From assembly GCF_963921235.1 (NCBI RefSeq), contig NC_086108.1, forward strand, positions 66,962,001 to 67,026,000: a stretch of 64,000 nucleotides of DNA, read 5' to 3'. A program made the translations under genes and the position numbers. Of the stretch, positions 51,342-64,000 are shown in pieces (position 1 is the first letter of the stretch; each line of letters opens with the position of its first letter). Source of the DNA: Mobula hypostoma. Lineage: Eukaryota. The notes beneath the pieces were generated by a model. The model saw only the letters and a program-made list of their open reading frames with translations, was not told the origin of the DNA and searched no databases.

Positions 51342-52828
51342 GTCAGCAACCTATATTCGCATAATCTTACTACACACATTGATTATATGAACCCAAAGAA
51401 AAAATCAAGCAGCATCTAGATCAATATTTTGCTCTCCACTCTCATTAGTTGATTTCAACCAGCTGAACTCTGCAGTTATACAGATACTTTTCAAGTGAAA
51501 TGGATTTAAATAGTCAAAATCAAAGTATTTATCTGGAAAGGAGTGAAAACAATTAATAGAGTAAAACTAGAATTCAAAGACAATTACACTACATAAAGCT
51601 GACAAACAGTCATATTTACTGGTAATTATGGAATTGATCTGGTCTCAGCAACTAAGCACACACATAATGGTTACATCTTTTCTCAGGAAACCCCAGAAAG
51701 ACTGACACAAAAATAAAATGTTTCTTCAAACCATCTGAACCACAAAGGTTATAATTTAACCTGAAGATAAATCTTTTGGCATTGGTGGAGTTTAACTTCA
51801 AATGGCTAATCACAAGCCATCTCAATGTCCTACTTTATAAAAACTTTTATAAAGATTTCACTACAAAACAAAGATAAATACTTAGATGTAAACCAACAAG
51901 CATAATGATTAATTTTACCTCCTAACTCCCACCTGCAGCATTTTAAAATCGGTGGACTGTGTACGTGCGATGAATGAAGGTCCGGCCAGCTGAAATTCTG
52001 CCCACTTACGCTTTTCAATCAGTAGTTCAGGGATGGGAAGTTTACTTCCCCTTGGATGCAACAGTTATTTTGTCTACAACACAAGGGTAAGACTTGTTTG
52101 AATCTTTACTCTCAACTGCTATCCCACGACTACCGCTTGAAATCAGGTCCAGAATAAGGATTGAGCATACCTCTTGCTTTCCCTAATCCAGATAAATGCT
52201 GTCTCCCAAGTTTGCAGATGAAAAGTGGCCTCTAATGAGGCCATCATTTCATCACAATGCAATCCCCTCATTAAAGGTACTTTATTTCCTACAGAAACTA
52301 GACTTTCTTTCAAACCGAGCAGGGTTTACAGTACATGTCAAGAAAGTCACAGATTCACTGTCAGTACTTCAGTGCTCTGGGTCCTTTCACTCAAAGCACA
52401 ATCTAACCTCAACTCTAAATGCATTCTCTCTATGAAAGAAAAATGTAGTGAAGCTGGTGTTGTACCTCATAGTGCAAGATGCTACATTAAAACAGCTTTT
52501 TAGAAAAGTAAGAACATTCACTAAACTGGTGACATAATATCATTCTTATCTGATTTCAAGACAAGTGAGATGGCTCAAAATTGTTTAATTCTCTACCCAT
52601 AAAAGATATTTAAGTAAAATTGGTCTGTATTTAAACCATACATGTAATGCAAAAGGACAGCATATGTACATATAAATGAAATAAAGTGGTCTCACAGTTA
52701 ATCTGCACTATTTATCCAGCACCATCTACATGCTCCATCACTGCAACAGTAAAGAAGATAGAAAGCAAGACCAGGAGTGGGCTATTCAGCCCCAGTGGTA
52801 TCAGGATAAACTACCACTCTCATTGACA

Positions 52829-54816
52829 CAAACAACAGGAATTCTGCAGATGCTGGAAATTTAAGCAACACACATCAAAGTTGCTGGTGAACGCAGCAGG
52901 CCAAGCAGCTTGCTCCTGCCCCACCGAACTCGTTTCTGCATACCTCAACACTGTTTTATTACCCCTTGTTCAATCCCTTCCCACCTACGTTCGTGACAGC
53001 TCTCACACTCTGAATGTTTTTGATGATTTTAAGTTCCCTGGCCCCCACCACTTTATTTTCACCATGGATGTTCAGTCCCTATATACCTCCATCCCCCACC
53101 AGGAAGGTCTCAAAGCTCTCCACTTCTTTTTGGAGTCCAGACCTAACCAGTTCCCCAGTACCATCACTCTCCTCCATCTAGCGGAATTAGTCCTTACTCT
53201 TAATAATTTCTCCTTTGGCTCCTCCCACTTCCTCCAAACTAAAGGTGTAGCTATGGGCACCCGTATGGGTCCTAGCTATGCCTGCCTTTTTGTTGGGTTT
53301 GTGGAACAATCTATGTTCCGTGCCTATTCTGGTATCTGTCCCCCACTTTTCCTTCGCTACATCGATGACTGCATTGGCGCTGCTTCCTGCACGCATGCAG
53401 AACTCGTTGACTTTATTAACTTTGCCTCCAACTTTCACCCTGCCCTCAAGTTTACCTGGTCCATTTCCGACACCTCCCTCCCCTTTCTAGATCTTTCTGT
53501 CTCTGTCTCTGGAGACAGCTTATCCACTGATGTCTACTATAAGCCTACTGACTCTCACAGCTATCTGGACTATTCCTCTTCTCACCCTGTCTCTTGCAAA
53601 AACGCCATCCCCTTCTTGCAATTCCTCCGCCTCCGCCGCATCTGCTCTCAGGATGAGGATTTTCATTCTAGGACGAGGGAGATGTCTTCATTTTTTAAAG
53701 AAAGGGGCTTTCCTTCCTTCACTATCAACTCTGCTCTTAAACGCATCTCCCCCATTTCACATACATCTGCTCTCACTCCATCCTCCCGCCACCCCACTAG
53801 GAATAGGGTTCCCCTGGTCCTCACCTACCACCCCACCAGCCTCCGGGTCCAACATATTATTCTCCGTAACTTCCGCCACCTCCAACGGGATCCCACCACT
53901 AAGCACATCTTTCCCTCCCCCCCCCTCTGCATTCCGCAGGGATCACTCCCTACACAACTCCCTTGTCCATTCGTCCCCCCCATCCCTCCCCACTGATCTC
54001 CCTCCTGGCACTTATCCGTGTAAGCGGAACAAGTGCTACACATGCCCCTACACTTCCTCCCTTACCACCATTCAGGGCCCCAAACAGTCCTTCCAGGTGA
54101 GGCAACACTTCACCTGTGAATCGACTGGGGTGATATACTGTGTCCGGTGCTCCCGATGTGGCCTTTTATATATTGGCGAGACCCGACGCAGACTGGGAGA
54201 CCGCTTTGCTGAACATCTACGCTCTGTCCGCCAGAGAAAGCAGGATCTCCCAGTGGCCACACATTTTAATTCCACATCCCATTCCCATTCTGACATGTCC
54301 ATCCACGGCCTCCTCTACTGTAAAGATGAAGCCACACTCAGGTTGGAGGAACAACACCTTATATTCCGTCTGGGTAGCCTCCAACCTGATGGCATGAACA
54401 TCAACTTCTCTAACTTCCGCTAAGGCCCCACCTCCCCCTCGTACCCCATCTGTTACTCATTTTTATGCACACATTCTTTCTCTCACTCTCCTTTTTCTCC
54501 CTCTGTCCCTCTGAATATACCTCTTGCCCATCCTCTGGGTCCCCCCCACCCCTTGTCTTTCTTCCCGGACCTCCTGTCCCATGATCCTCTCGTATCCCCT
54601 TTTGCCTATAACCTGTCCAGCTCTTGGCTCTATCCCTCGCCCTCCTGTCTTCTCCTATCATTTTGGATCTCCCCCTCCCCCTCCAACTTTCAAATCCCTT
54701 ACTCACTCTTCCTTCAGTTAGTCCTGATAAAGGGTCTCGGCCTGAAACGTTGACTGCACCTCTTCCTACAGATGCTGCCTGGCCTGCTGCGTTCACCAGC
54801 AACTTTGATGTGTGTT
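52829..54816 (+). mobile_element. Penelope-like element (Neptune-type) with RT, GIY-YIG and an inverted 5' pLTR
   Basis: RT motifs DVQSLYT, GVAMG and LRYIDD; CKRNKCYTC linker; GIY-YIG ending at 54423; one frameshift in the C-run at about 53917-53926; TSD ACTCTCATTGACA. Confidence 0.95.
54720..54756 (+). ncRNA. Hammerhead motif with core mutation (CUGAUAA)
   Basis: agtcctgataaagggtctcggcctgaaacgttgactg. Confidence 0.65.
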
Positions 54817-55374
54817 ACTCTCATTGACAGTTTGCAAAGCACTTCTAGTATTTTAATAAAGTTAAAGCTTTGTAAGCCAATTGCTCCACTGCCTTTAATT
54901 ATCTTTTCCTCCCAGGTTGTCACTCCCTTCTCCTGAAGGTGCTGCCTTTTGAAGGTTTCGATCCAGGCCACCCTCTGCCTCCTCTAAATACTGGAAAGCA
55001 AGCTTAATCACATTCTCCACCAATCTACCAGGAATCTTTAGCTAGCAATCGGGAATAGTACTTTTGCTTCATCTTAAATAAAAACAGAAAATGTCGAAAC
55101 ACTCAGCAGGTCAGGCAGTTTCTGCGGAAAGAGAAATTAGCAATAAACTTCAAAACTTTAAATGTTATACAAATAAGTAAAAATGAGATATAAACTGCCA
55201 GTGAAATAGATGGGGATGCCCCTCTATAGCTCGTAGTGGCTCCACTTGCCAAGGGGTGGATCTTCTTTCTTTACCAAATGCAAAAGCACAGAAAATAAAC
55301 TGTAGATTCCTCAAGATATTTCAGATCAAACAAAGGTACATGTCCATGCACACTGAGTAACTGGAGTGTAAAGC

Positions 55375-55468
55375 ATATAAAATGCTGGAGGAACTCAGCA
55401 GGTCATGCAGCATCTATGGAAAGGAATAAACAGTCGACGCTTCAGGCAGAGACCCTTCATCAGGACTG
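55375..55468 (-). mobile_element. Solo Penelope pLTR with a mutated hammerhead (GAAA changed to GAAG)
   Basis: Reverse complement reads cagtcctgatgaagggtctctgcctgaagcgtcgactg. Confidence 0.8.
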
Positions 55469-57234
55469 TAAATTTGTTTTCCCTCTTTCAAAAGGCTTGG
55501 TCATCTCACTAGGTGAAATATCACAAACAGCCAAAGCCTGGATCCACATCTAGAGTACATAAATGTATTCAATGACCATGAATGTCCATGAACCTTTTCC
55601 CAGCAGTGCTGCCAGCAATGTAACAGCAGCTCAGTAGTTCCATAGCCGTACATCACAGGATCAGACAGAGTTAAAAAAAATAAAAGCAGTTCAATGAGTT
55701 ACCAGCACCAGCACTGCTTTCCCTTTGCAAGTTCTGTACTTGCAGTAAAGTGATATCATTGTACGTTGATTTAATGACAGCTAAGTGCATTATACCACTT
55801 ACTGAGTGACAAGGTTTATAGTTTTCATATTTTAAAGCGGAATGAGAAATTCACAAGGTTCAGAAAGAGATAAGGTAAGGATGTGGCACCAAAAATGTGA
55901 CAGCACATGCTATTTTAAAAGGTTTAACCTCCATTCATTACAAATTACTAACATATGTTTCACAAGGTTACCAGGCCTTTATAAACTGGTAATAGATCTG
56001 CATTAAACAGCTTTCTGTATTCTCAATTAACTGGGTTTCGTAACTTTACAGCAATAAATATACATTTGTAAAATAATGCTCCTTGTCAAATGACTGTTGC
56101 ATACATCGGAGCTATCACACTCTGTTAAATAATTAAGTGTTTGTTTATAACGGACATTTATAATGAATGATAACAAATGTAAGGACTGAAGAAATCTCTG
56201 CAAAGTAGAATGAAAACATGTTGTGCTTTTCTATTAGAATCATGCTGTCAGGTGACTGAACTCTGAAGAATTACAATGATTGTGACAATGTGCTTTTGCA
56301 TTGTAATATTTGGGAGTTTTTCTTCCGGTAATAGACAGTATCCTGTTGCCAGTCTATATAGAATATAGCTAAACTCAGCAATTAGATTCAGGGTTTCCTA
56401 TATCTAATAAATGTCAAAAGAGGCACATAAAATATATGTTTTTAATCAGACAAGCATAAATAAGAGCATCTGGAAGTTCTTTCTATGTAGAGCACATTCC
56501 TTTTTTTAAAAAGAAAGTCACCTGAAAGCCAAATCCAATATTAAAAATCAATGTTGGGCATAATATGATTGTCAAAGTACATTTTCGGTCAGATTATGAA
56601 AGAATGCAACTACTTGATGAATCAGTTTCTTGTAACAATTTTATACAACCACTAGTATATGAAATGACATCTTGTTTAATAAAGTACTGTATTTGTAGAG
56701 TTCACCATCATGTTGTTAGAATAGTTTGCAATGATAGTTGAAGTTGAGATTGTATTGCAGTGGTTGTGGGTGGGATGCTGTCGGCGGCTACTTGCCAATT
56801 TTATTCCCAAAAAGTTAGTGAAATCAAGAAGTTGGCGATAATATTTGCTTTTAACTTAAACAGTGTAGTCAGTCATTCTATGACAGCTACCCAAGATCTG
56901 ATTAGGTTCCAAAACATGGAAATAGGATCAAGTAGAATTCCATGGAGCAATGGAAGTGATTTAGCCCAGGTTCTATTACCCTAGCACCTATTAGACAATT
57001 GGACGAAGTACCTCAGTCCACTATTCACACTGCACATTAATGTACTTCTATCGTCAGAGGTTCACTTGATGATGTCACTGTCTTTGCAAACCCAATTTTG
57101 CACTTCATAGCAAAGAGGGATGGTTTGGATGCATTGTGCAACTAGAACAATATCATTCAATTTGTTGATTTCTTGGTGGAACACACTGCTGGAAAAACGG
57201 TAGACAGAAGGGAAAGAGAGGGAGGAATTTCTAA

Positions 57235-57479
57235 AGATCATAAGACATAGAAGCAGAATTAAAGCTATTTGGCCCATCGAGTCCACTCTGCCATTTGATC
57301 ATGGCTGACTTATTTTCCCTTGCAATCCCATTCTCCTGCCCTCTCCCCGTAACATTTGCCAACTTTAACTAACCAAGAACCTATCAACCTCTGCTTTAAA
57401 TATACCCAACAATTAAGCCTCTACAGCCACTTGTGGCAATGAATTCCACAAATTTATCACCTTCTTGCTGAAGAAGTTC
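57235..57479 (-). mobile_element. CR1 3' end
   Basis: cataagacatagaagcagaatt...gaattccacaaatt. Confidence 0.85.
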
Positions 57480-57600
57480 CCCTGAGCCAATAGGCTGGTC
57501 CTGGACTTATTTCCTGGCATAATTTACATATTACTATTTAATAATTTATGGTTTTATTACTATAATTATTTATGGTGCAACTGCAACGAAAACCAATTTC
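57480..57600 (+). mobile_element. 3' UTR piece of the Rex1 family seen at 9787
   Basis: Close match to the reverse complement of about 9820-9950. Confidence 0.85.
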
Positions 57601-58470
57601 AACGGCAACATTTAATGTAAATGTGCTCAATGGTTGGGACTGTTTTACCCATGATGTCCTGGGCCAATTCCACTACCTATTGTAGGAATTTCCACTCAAA
57701 GGTATTGGTGTTCCCATACCAGGCCATAATGCAGCCAGTCAACACACTTTCCACCACACATCTATACAAGTTTGCCAAGGTTTTTGATGACATGCTGAAT
57801 CTCCACAGATTCCTGAGGAAGTAGAGGCGCTGTTGTACTTTCTTCACAATAATATTCATATGATGGGTCCAGGACAGGTCCTCTGAGATAGTGACCCCCA
57901 GGAATTTAAAGTTACTGACCCTCTCCACCTCTGATCCTCTGATGACTATTGGCTCATGGACCTTTGCTTTCCCTCTCCTGAAGTCTATAATCAGTTCTTT
58001 GGTCCTATTGATATTGAGTGAGAGGTTGTTGTTATTACACCAGCAAGTCTTTAGTCTCCCTCCTGTATGCTGATTCATCACGACCTTTGATACAGCCCAA
58101 AAGAGTGGTGTCATCAGCAAACTTGTGTATAGTGTTGGAGCTGAACTTAGCCACACAGTTATAGGTGTAAAGCGAGTAGAGCGTGGGCTAAGTACACATC
58201 CCTATGGTGCTCCTGTGCTGATGGAGATTGTGGAGAAGATGTTTTTGCTAATCAGAACTGACTGGGGTCTACAAGTGAGGAAATCCAGGATCCAATTATA
58301 CAAGGGGATACTGAGGCCCATGTCTTGGAGCTTACTGATTAGTTTTGAGGGAATGATGGTGTTAAATCCAAGCTATAATCGATAAAGAGCATCCTGACTT
58401 ATGCATCTTTGCTGTCCAGGTGTTCTAGGGTTGTGTGAAGAGCCAAGATGGCATCTGCTGTAGGCCTGTT
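57601..58470 (-). mobile_element. Rex1-clade RT fragment
   Basis: WCNNNNLSLNINRTKELIIDFRR...FKFLGVTISEDLSW...RLYFLR. Confidence 0.9.
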
Positions 58471-59504
58471 GTTTGATTGACGCAAAGATGGTTGAGGGGA
58501 TACTTATTAGAGATGACAGGATTAAGACATGTCTAGATGAGGATGCCTATTCTGATGGTAAAACGGTGAGGAGCACATTTTATTCAAAATATAAAGGAAG
58601 AATGAGAGTTTTCATATGGAATTAGGAACTTGCTGTGGAAAACTGTCGTTTTTGGAAATTTTGTGGTTTATTCTCCAAATCACTTCTTTTCTCCAGTCTT
58701 TTATCACAATCTGTAACTTCTGACAGACTCTTCCTATTTTTTTCCTCACATCTCTTAAATGTCACTATTGACTTTAATCTCCTGCCTGAAACTCATTATC
58801 ATTCTTCCCCAAGTCACATGTGGATCCAGTTCGGTAAATCCGATGACCAAACCATGGGGAACTACTTCAGCCACATCTTCCAGGTATTGTAAAGCTAGTA
58901 TTCCTGTTTGAACTTACACCTACTTTGTTGCTGACACTGACGAAAGAAAACACCCTAAAATTATTAAATAAAAATACAAACTGTTATCCAAGCTTTTACT
59001 TAGTTTATCCATGAAATTTTTACCTCAAAGAGGAATGTTTTTGAAATTTGCATCCATTTTATATAAAATATTTCCTTGCTAGTATTCACTGTATCAGTTT
59101 AATTAGAATTACAGAATGAAGGACGGGTTATGGCACAGATATAAAAATTAACTGTAGCTTATAATAATCTTGAACCAGCCAAACAATTTGGTGGCCACCC
59201 AGTCCTGCATTTCAGAATATTCAACTACATCAATCTGTCACTACCAATATCAATGTAATCCCTCAACCCAAGCTAGGCCCCAACTATAAGCAGAATCAAG
59301 TTGGCAGGCAATTCTTAGTCTTAATACAATACAGCAATGTGAGTAAGTACAGCTAAGAGTTAGTTTGTATGGTCCAATAACTAATTTATTAGCAGCACGG
59401 TTCTTAACTTCTATTTTTTATAGAATAGATTTTCTCTTTTCTGGAACCAATCATGTAAAATAACAAATGCTAAACATTCTTCACATACAAGGAAGACAGT
59501 GAGC

Positions 59505-59765
59505 ACTAATCCATCAGGGAGAGTCACATCCAGCTCCCACTTGACATTCACATGTTCAATGCAGAGCAGACATAGGGAATGAGACAGAAGTCTTTGGCTG
59601 GTCTTTCCTCTTTCAATACCAGGTGCACACCTATCACGTGTGGTACCCCTACTGTCATCCAGCTGGGAGCAATTAATTCAGCACTGACCATACACTAATG
59701 CTGGAACCTATTTGGTCTGTTTGGTTCAGTTCCAAACTGGGTAGCAAACATTTCCACTGAAATTA
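59505..59765 (-). mobile_element. Ancient tRNA-SINE relic (LF-SINE-like head)
   Basis: Reverse complement actgaaccaaacagacc...ggtcagtgctgaatta...cagtaggggtaccaca. Confidence 0.35.
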
Positions 59766-60454
59766 TTGTGAGACCAATCCAGTTTTATTGGCATGAAGCA
59801 ATTTAAGTCAGCTGGTTCGTCTCCAGTTAGATGTTTCCCACTTCCTTTTATTTTCCTGACAATAAGACACAAGATTACATTTTTGTTAAAAATATTCAGA
59901 ATGTTTTCATTTCATTGTAAGAGCTGAGATGCATTGAAGTACATTAAAAAAAAAATTGGAGGTTCAGCATCAGTTTGTTTGAAACAGAATCAAAGAACTG
60001 TACATAGCCTGCTGCTTCTATATTCTAATAAGGGGAATATTTGACTATGTTAGGACAAGACGCAATCGAACAAAAGTTGTTTTCCACTGATTTTGTAACA
60101 ACTTTGTGATTGCATATGCCACTGGGAGTTTCATTTGAAATGAAGTGAAATATTATACATGAGGCATCGTGAGGTGTTCCATAATTCTAATGAAGCAGAA
60201 CTTGAGTAAAATTAGTGTTTTAAAATATATTGTATCAAAATTGGCACAATCTCCATTAGACAATCAGTGATTTTATGTAACTAAGGATACCCAAATTAAA
60301 GTCGGGCAAAAAACCCCCAGTGAGAAGTACTGATGAATTACACTTGAGTATTAGGAATTTTCAGGACTTAATAGTGGACATTGGCAGAATTAGAGCCACA
60401 AAAGTTACATCTGTTATAGATAGTGCTAATGAGCAGCTGTATGTTGCACTCTTT

Positions 60455-60695
60455 TTTTATTTAGAGATGCCGCACGGTAACAGGCCCTTCTGGTCCAATA
60501 AGCCTGTGCTGCCCAATTACACCCATGTGACCAATTAACCAACTAACCTGTAGCTCTTTGCAATGTGAAGGGACACCAGAGCAACTGGACAAAACCCACA
60601 CAGTCACACTGAGAGGGTACAAGCACCTTACAAACCGCGGCGGAATTGACTTCACATCACTGGCGCTGGCTCCGAAGTTCAGTGTAGCATACATT
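60455..60695 (-). mobile_element. V-SINE (HE1-like)
   Basis: Same architecture as 121-330 and 13165-13423. Confidence 0.8.
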
Positions 60696-61314
60696 TAATG
60701 TCACCAGGGAGGTATAAAACATGAAACCTTTGCAGACGTAAGATGACTCAGGAACATGACTGAAACATATGCTAAGCTGCCTCTGCCTGTTTTCAACATC
60801 TTCTCAAAGTACACAGATTTCCCCGCATGGAGGTTATCCAAAGTAATAAGTTAGTGTTGATTTGGCATCACTGCCTCATTTGCACTTGGATCAAAAAATG
60901 CCCATTTTAAACCAGATGAAAAATATTATCACCGTAACATGGACACCAGCAATTCAAAGAGCCTTTGACTGGCATCTGTAATAATGACAAGCCTGGCCTA
61001 CCACACCATACATCTGACATGGAATTGCCAAAGGTTAGCTGACTGCCACAACATGCACACGGATTTCTGCAAGCACTGTTTCCATAGCTCTATTTTGCTT
61101 GTAGGAAATTATGTACAAAAATAAATCAGAAGTGTATATTGATAGTAACCTGAATTTAAATCCATAGGCATAGGGTCGGTGCTATTAGCAAAAGTGCAAT
61201 AAAGGATGTTTAATAATCTACGTTTAATGAATGTTGACTCCATCTGAAGTGGAACATTTGATGCCCTAGTCAATAATGTCCCTCACCATTACTTAAAAGC
61301 AGCCTAAAATGGGG

Positions 61315-61470
61315 TTGCTCTTAGTGCTGTTTGTGCAGATTTGTAATGTGTAAAATGGCTGCGATGATAACTTACAAAAGCAGTCACCACATGTCAAAGC
61401 AATTCGTTGCAAAAAACACTTTGAAATGTTTCTAAGAGATGTGATAAGGTGATTACATAAATGTAATTCT
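61315..61470 (+). mobile_element. DeuSINE-like 3' tail relic
   Basis: gtgtaaaatggctgc...cagtcaccacatgtcaaag...cactttgaaatgtttct...ataaatgtaattct. Confidence 0.5.
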
Positions 61471-63619
61471 GTTTCCGTCTTTCAGCTCTGCTCATTGCCC
61501 CTGTGGTTTTTAATGATTGGAAACAGCTGATCGGCTAATCAGTTCTTTTCAATAATAAAATGTGAATAATGGTAAACAGGCTGCTAGCGTTTGTTTTAAC
61601 TTTGAAAACACAAACCTTTTTGGCAGTGCCTTCTACCTGCTGCGTTGTACAATGTTTCAGACCATGGCCAAGAAATTCTATCACATAGCACAACATTTTT
61701 GTGGACAACATGATTGGCTTTTATCAGAAACTCAATCTCATTTACAGTTCATCAACAGTACATATGGAGGGCATTGGACATGCAAAGCTATGTTAAACAG
61801 CACGTTTTAATGTCCCTTGTACAAAATACTTTCTTGATGGGTTGTGATCTGCTCCTGTTAGTTAGCAAGGGTCAATCTTTCTTGGCCTGCTGCCATGGTG
61901 TCTTAGGAAAGCACCATCGTGACAAATAACAGTGGCCTCCATCCCACTGCCACCTCTTCAGCTCCTCCATCACTACATCCCCACTCTGCCTGACCTGAAG
62001 TCACTACTAAGCCCAACCCCACCACTAGTTTCCAACTGCCTACCTTTGTCCACTGTCCACTGATTGTGATCCTACCAGCACCCCTCACAAATGTCTCCAT
62101 GCGTCCTGGGATTGACAGCCCAACTCTGAACGCCGTATCCTGCACAAAACTGTTACAAGTCCAACATAGTCAATCTCCTTTCTAATCTATTATCATCTAG
62201 AAGACCTCCTTGAACATTATTTTGTTCTTGTAGTTACAAGAATATCAAGATGCTTTGGAAATCTTAGAGACCACAATGTTCATATTTTTACAGAGAATTC
62301 TAATGTGAAGCTTGGATGGAATTGCAAAATGCCAAGTGAAACTCACTTTGTTTTGGAAAGTGAAGACAGATTGATTTTAGATCTCATTAACTCTACATCA
62401 TAAGCTCAATATTTCGTTCATCAGGAATCAAAGGATTCATGCATTAAGGATGCAAAATATACTGATGATGGCATAAATAACGTCACTGAAATAAATACGT
62501 AAAAGGTATAAATCAAAACTGTAGATCAATGGTTCAAAGTTGAAGTCCGATCTGGAAAGTCAGAGGATGGTTATAAACTCGGGAAAGTCTTGGAAATCTT
62601 TTCATTCAATTGCAAATCTTTCTCATGTGATTCTTGTTATTCGCCACACGTTAAATCAAACCCCATTTGTCACAAATAACAGTTAGAACAAATATTTAAG
62701 CAACAAGTAAGTGGGAGATGAAATGAAAATAATATTCTGAGCCAATACAGCTTAGGATTCATTTAGTACATGATGTTACATTTCCTTTCATAGGTGGTTT
62801 TATTTAGTTATAGAAATTAAGAGAAAAACACCAAAAACGTGAAGAAGTTAATTATGGAGTATATTACCATTTCCTTTAAGTATTATGTATTATTTGTCTT
62901 ATTCTTTTATAGGTCATACTTCCTTTTGAAATGTGTTAGTTGGATAGGAAAGGCTTGTACATTTTTTGCCAAAAGCCCTCAGGTGTTCATGGCAACAGCT
63001 CCATCAGACTGGAACATTTTGTAGCCAAACCACTGAAGCTAATAAAAAAAATTCAAAGAGCCCTCAAACTTCTTTCAGGAAGCTGGCAAGAATCAGTCTT
63101 CCTGTCAGGCTGTTAAAGCCACAAACTAACCTACGAGCCCAAACAGTCACACCCACTTGCAGAAATGGGTACAATTTAGTAATCATCCCTCTTTTTAAAT
63201 TTAATTGGAGCTTTACTTCCCATTTACTTGAGTGATGCCACAGGGAACCAGTGCTTGGAGTTAATGCGAATCTCCTCACCAAAACCACATTAGACTCTAA
63301 ATGCAGCACGACATGGCAGGTTAGTGAATTTGCTGTCTGTCAGGGTGAAAAACACTCACACGTGGCTTTAATTTGCCATGTGTTTACTGCCATCACTCAC
63401 TGAAGTGCTAGGATACCAACCTGCAAACAAACTCCTAACAAGAGCCAGGAAAGTAGAAAATAGAATTCTGCAAGCCTGAATTAAAAGAATACTATTTATT
63501 TGAACTCATTCTGGAACCAGACCAGGAAAGAAGTTTACATTCTTTGGATCAGTCAGGGCTCTGGAACCTTCTCTTTGGTTCCCTCTCAGCTATAGGGTTT
63601 CTAAGATTTTAACACTAAG

Positions 63620-64000
63620 CATATCTTTCCTTCCCTCCCACTTTCCACTGGGATTTCTCCCTATCTGACTCCTTGTCTATTCGTCCCTCCCCACTGATCT
63701 CCCTCCTGGCACTTATCCTTGCAACCAAAACAAGTGCCCTACCTGGCCCTACACCTCCTCCCTCACTACTATTCAGGGTCCCAAACAGTCCTTCCAAGTG
63801 AGGTGACATTTCCCCTGAGTCTGTTGGGGTCACCTACTGTATCCGGAGCTCCCGGCGTCGCCTCCTGTATATCTGCCGAGCACCTACACTCCATCCACCA
63901 GAAAAAGTGGGATCTCCCAGTGATGGCCCATTTCAATTCTGGTTCCCATTCCCCTTCTGACATGTCAGTCCTTGGCCTCTACTTCTGCGATGAGGCCATA
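63620..64000 (+). mobile_element. Degraded Penelope GIY-YIG region running off the window end
   Basis: Aligns by eye to about 53910-54335, with deletions. Confidence 0.88.

Noticed and set aside
1..64000. CRISPR arrays, operons or prokaryotic defence systems
   Set aside because: The sequence is eukaryotic and repeat-rich, with no repeat-spacer arrays or dense coding.

Overview
AT-rich vertebrate non-coding DNA, probably a long intron or intergenic stretch. The repeat content (HE1/V-SINEs with CR1 partners, DeuSINE-like relics, Neptune-type Penelope elements, Rex1, RTE, L2, hAT, Tc1) points by inference to a cartilaginous fish, probably a ray. No intact host protein-coding gene is recognisable. 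Nearly all informative ORFs are transposon fragments, many nested and bounded by target-site duplications (TSDs). The best signal is a complete HDV-like self-cleaving ribozyme fold that starts at the first base of a 576-bp non-coding retroelement (24318-24893). It has an 87-nt J1/2 and an unusual hairpin inserted in loop L3. A related element lies at 40596-41079. The Penelope elements carry minimal hammerhead ribozymes (core intact at 47751-47786), and one 65-bp insertion starts almost exactly at the hammerhead cleavage site. A few candidate micro-exons and first exons of an unidentified host gene are listed at low confidence. Family names come from motif recognition, not database searches, and boundaries without a TSD are approximate.
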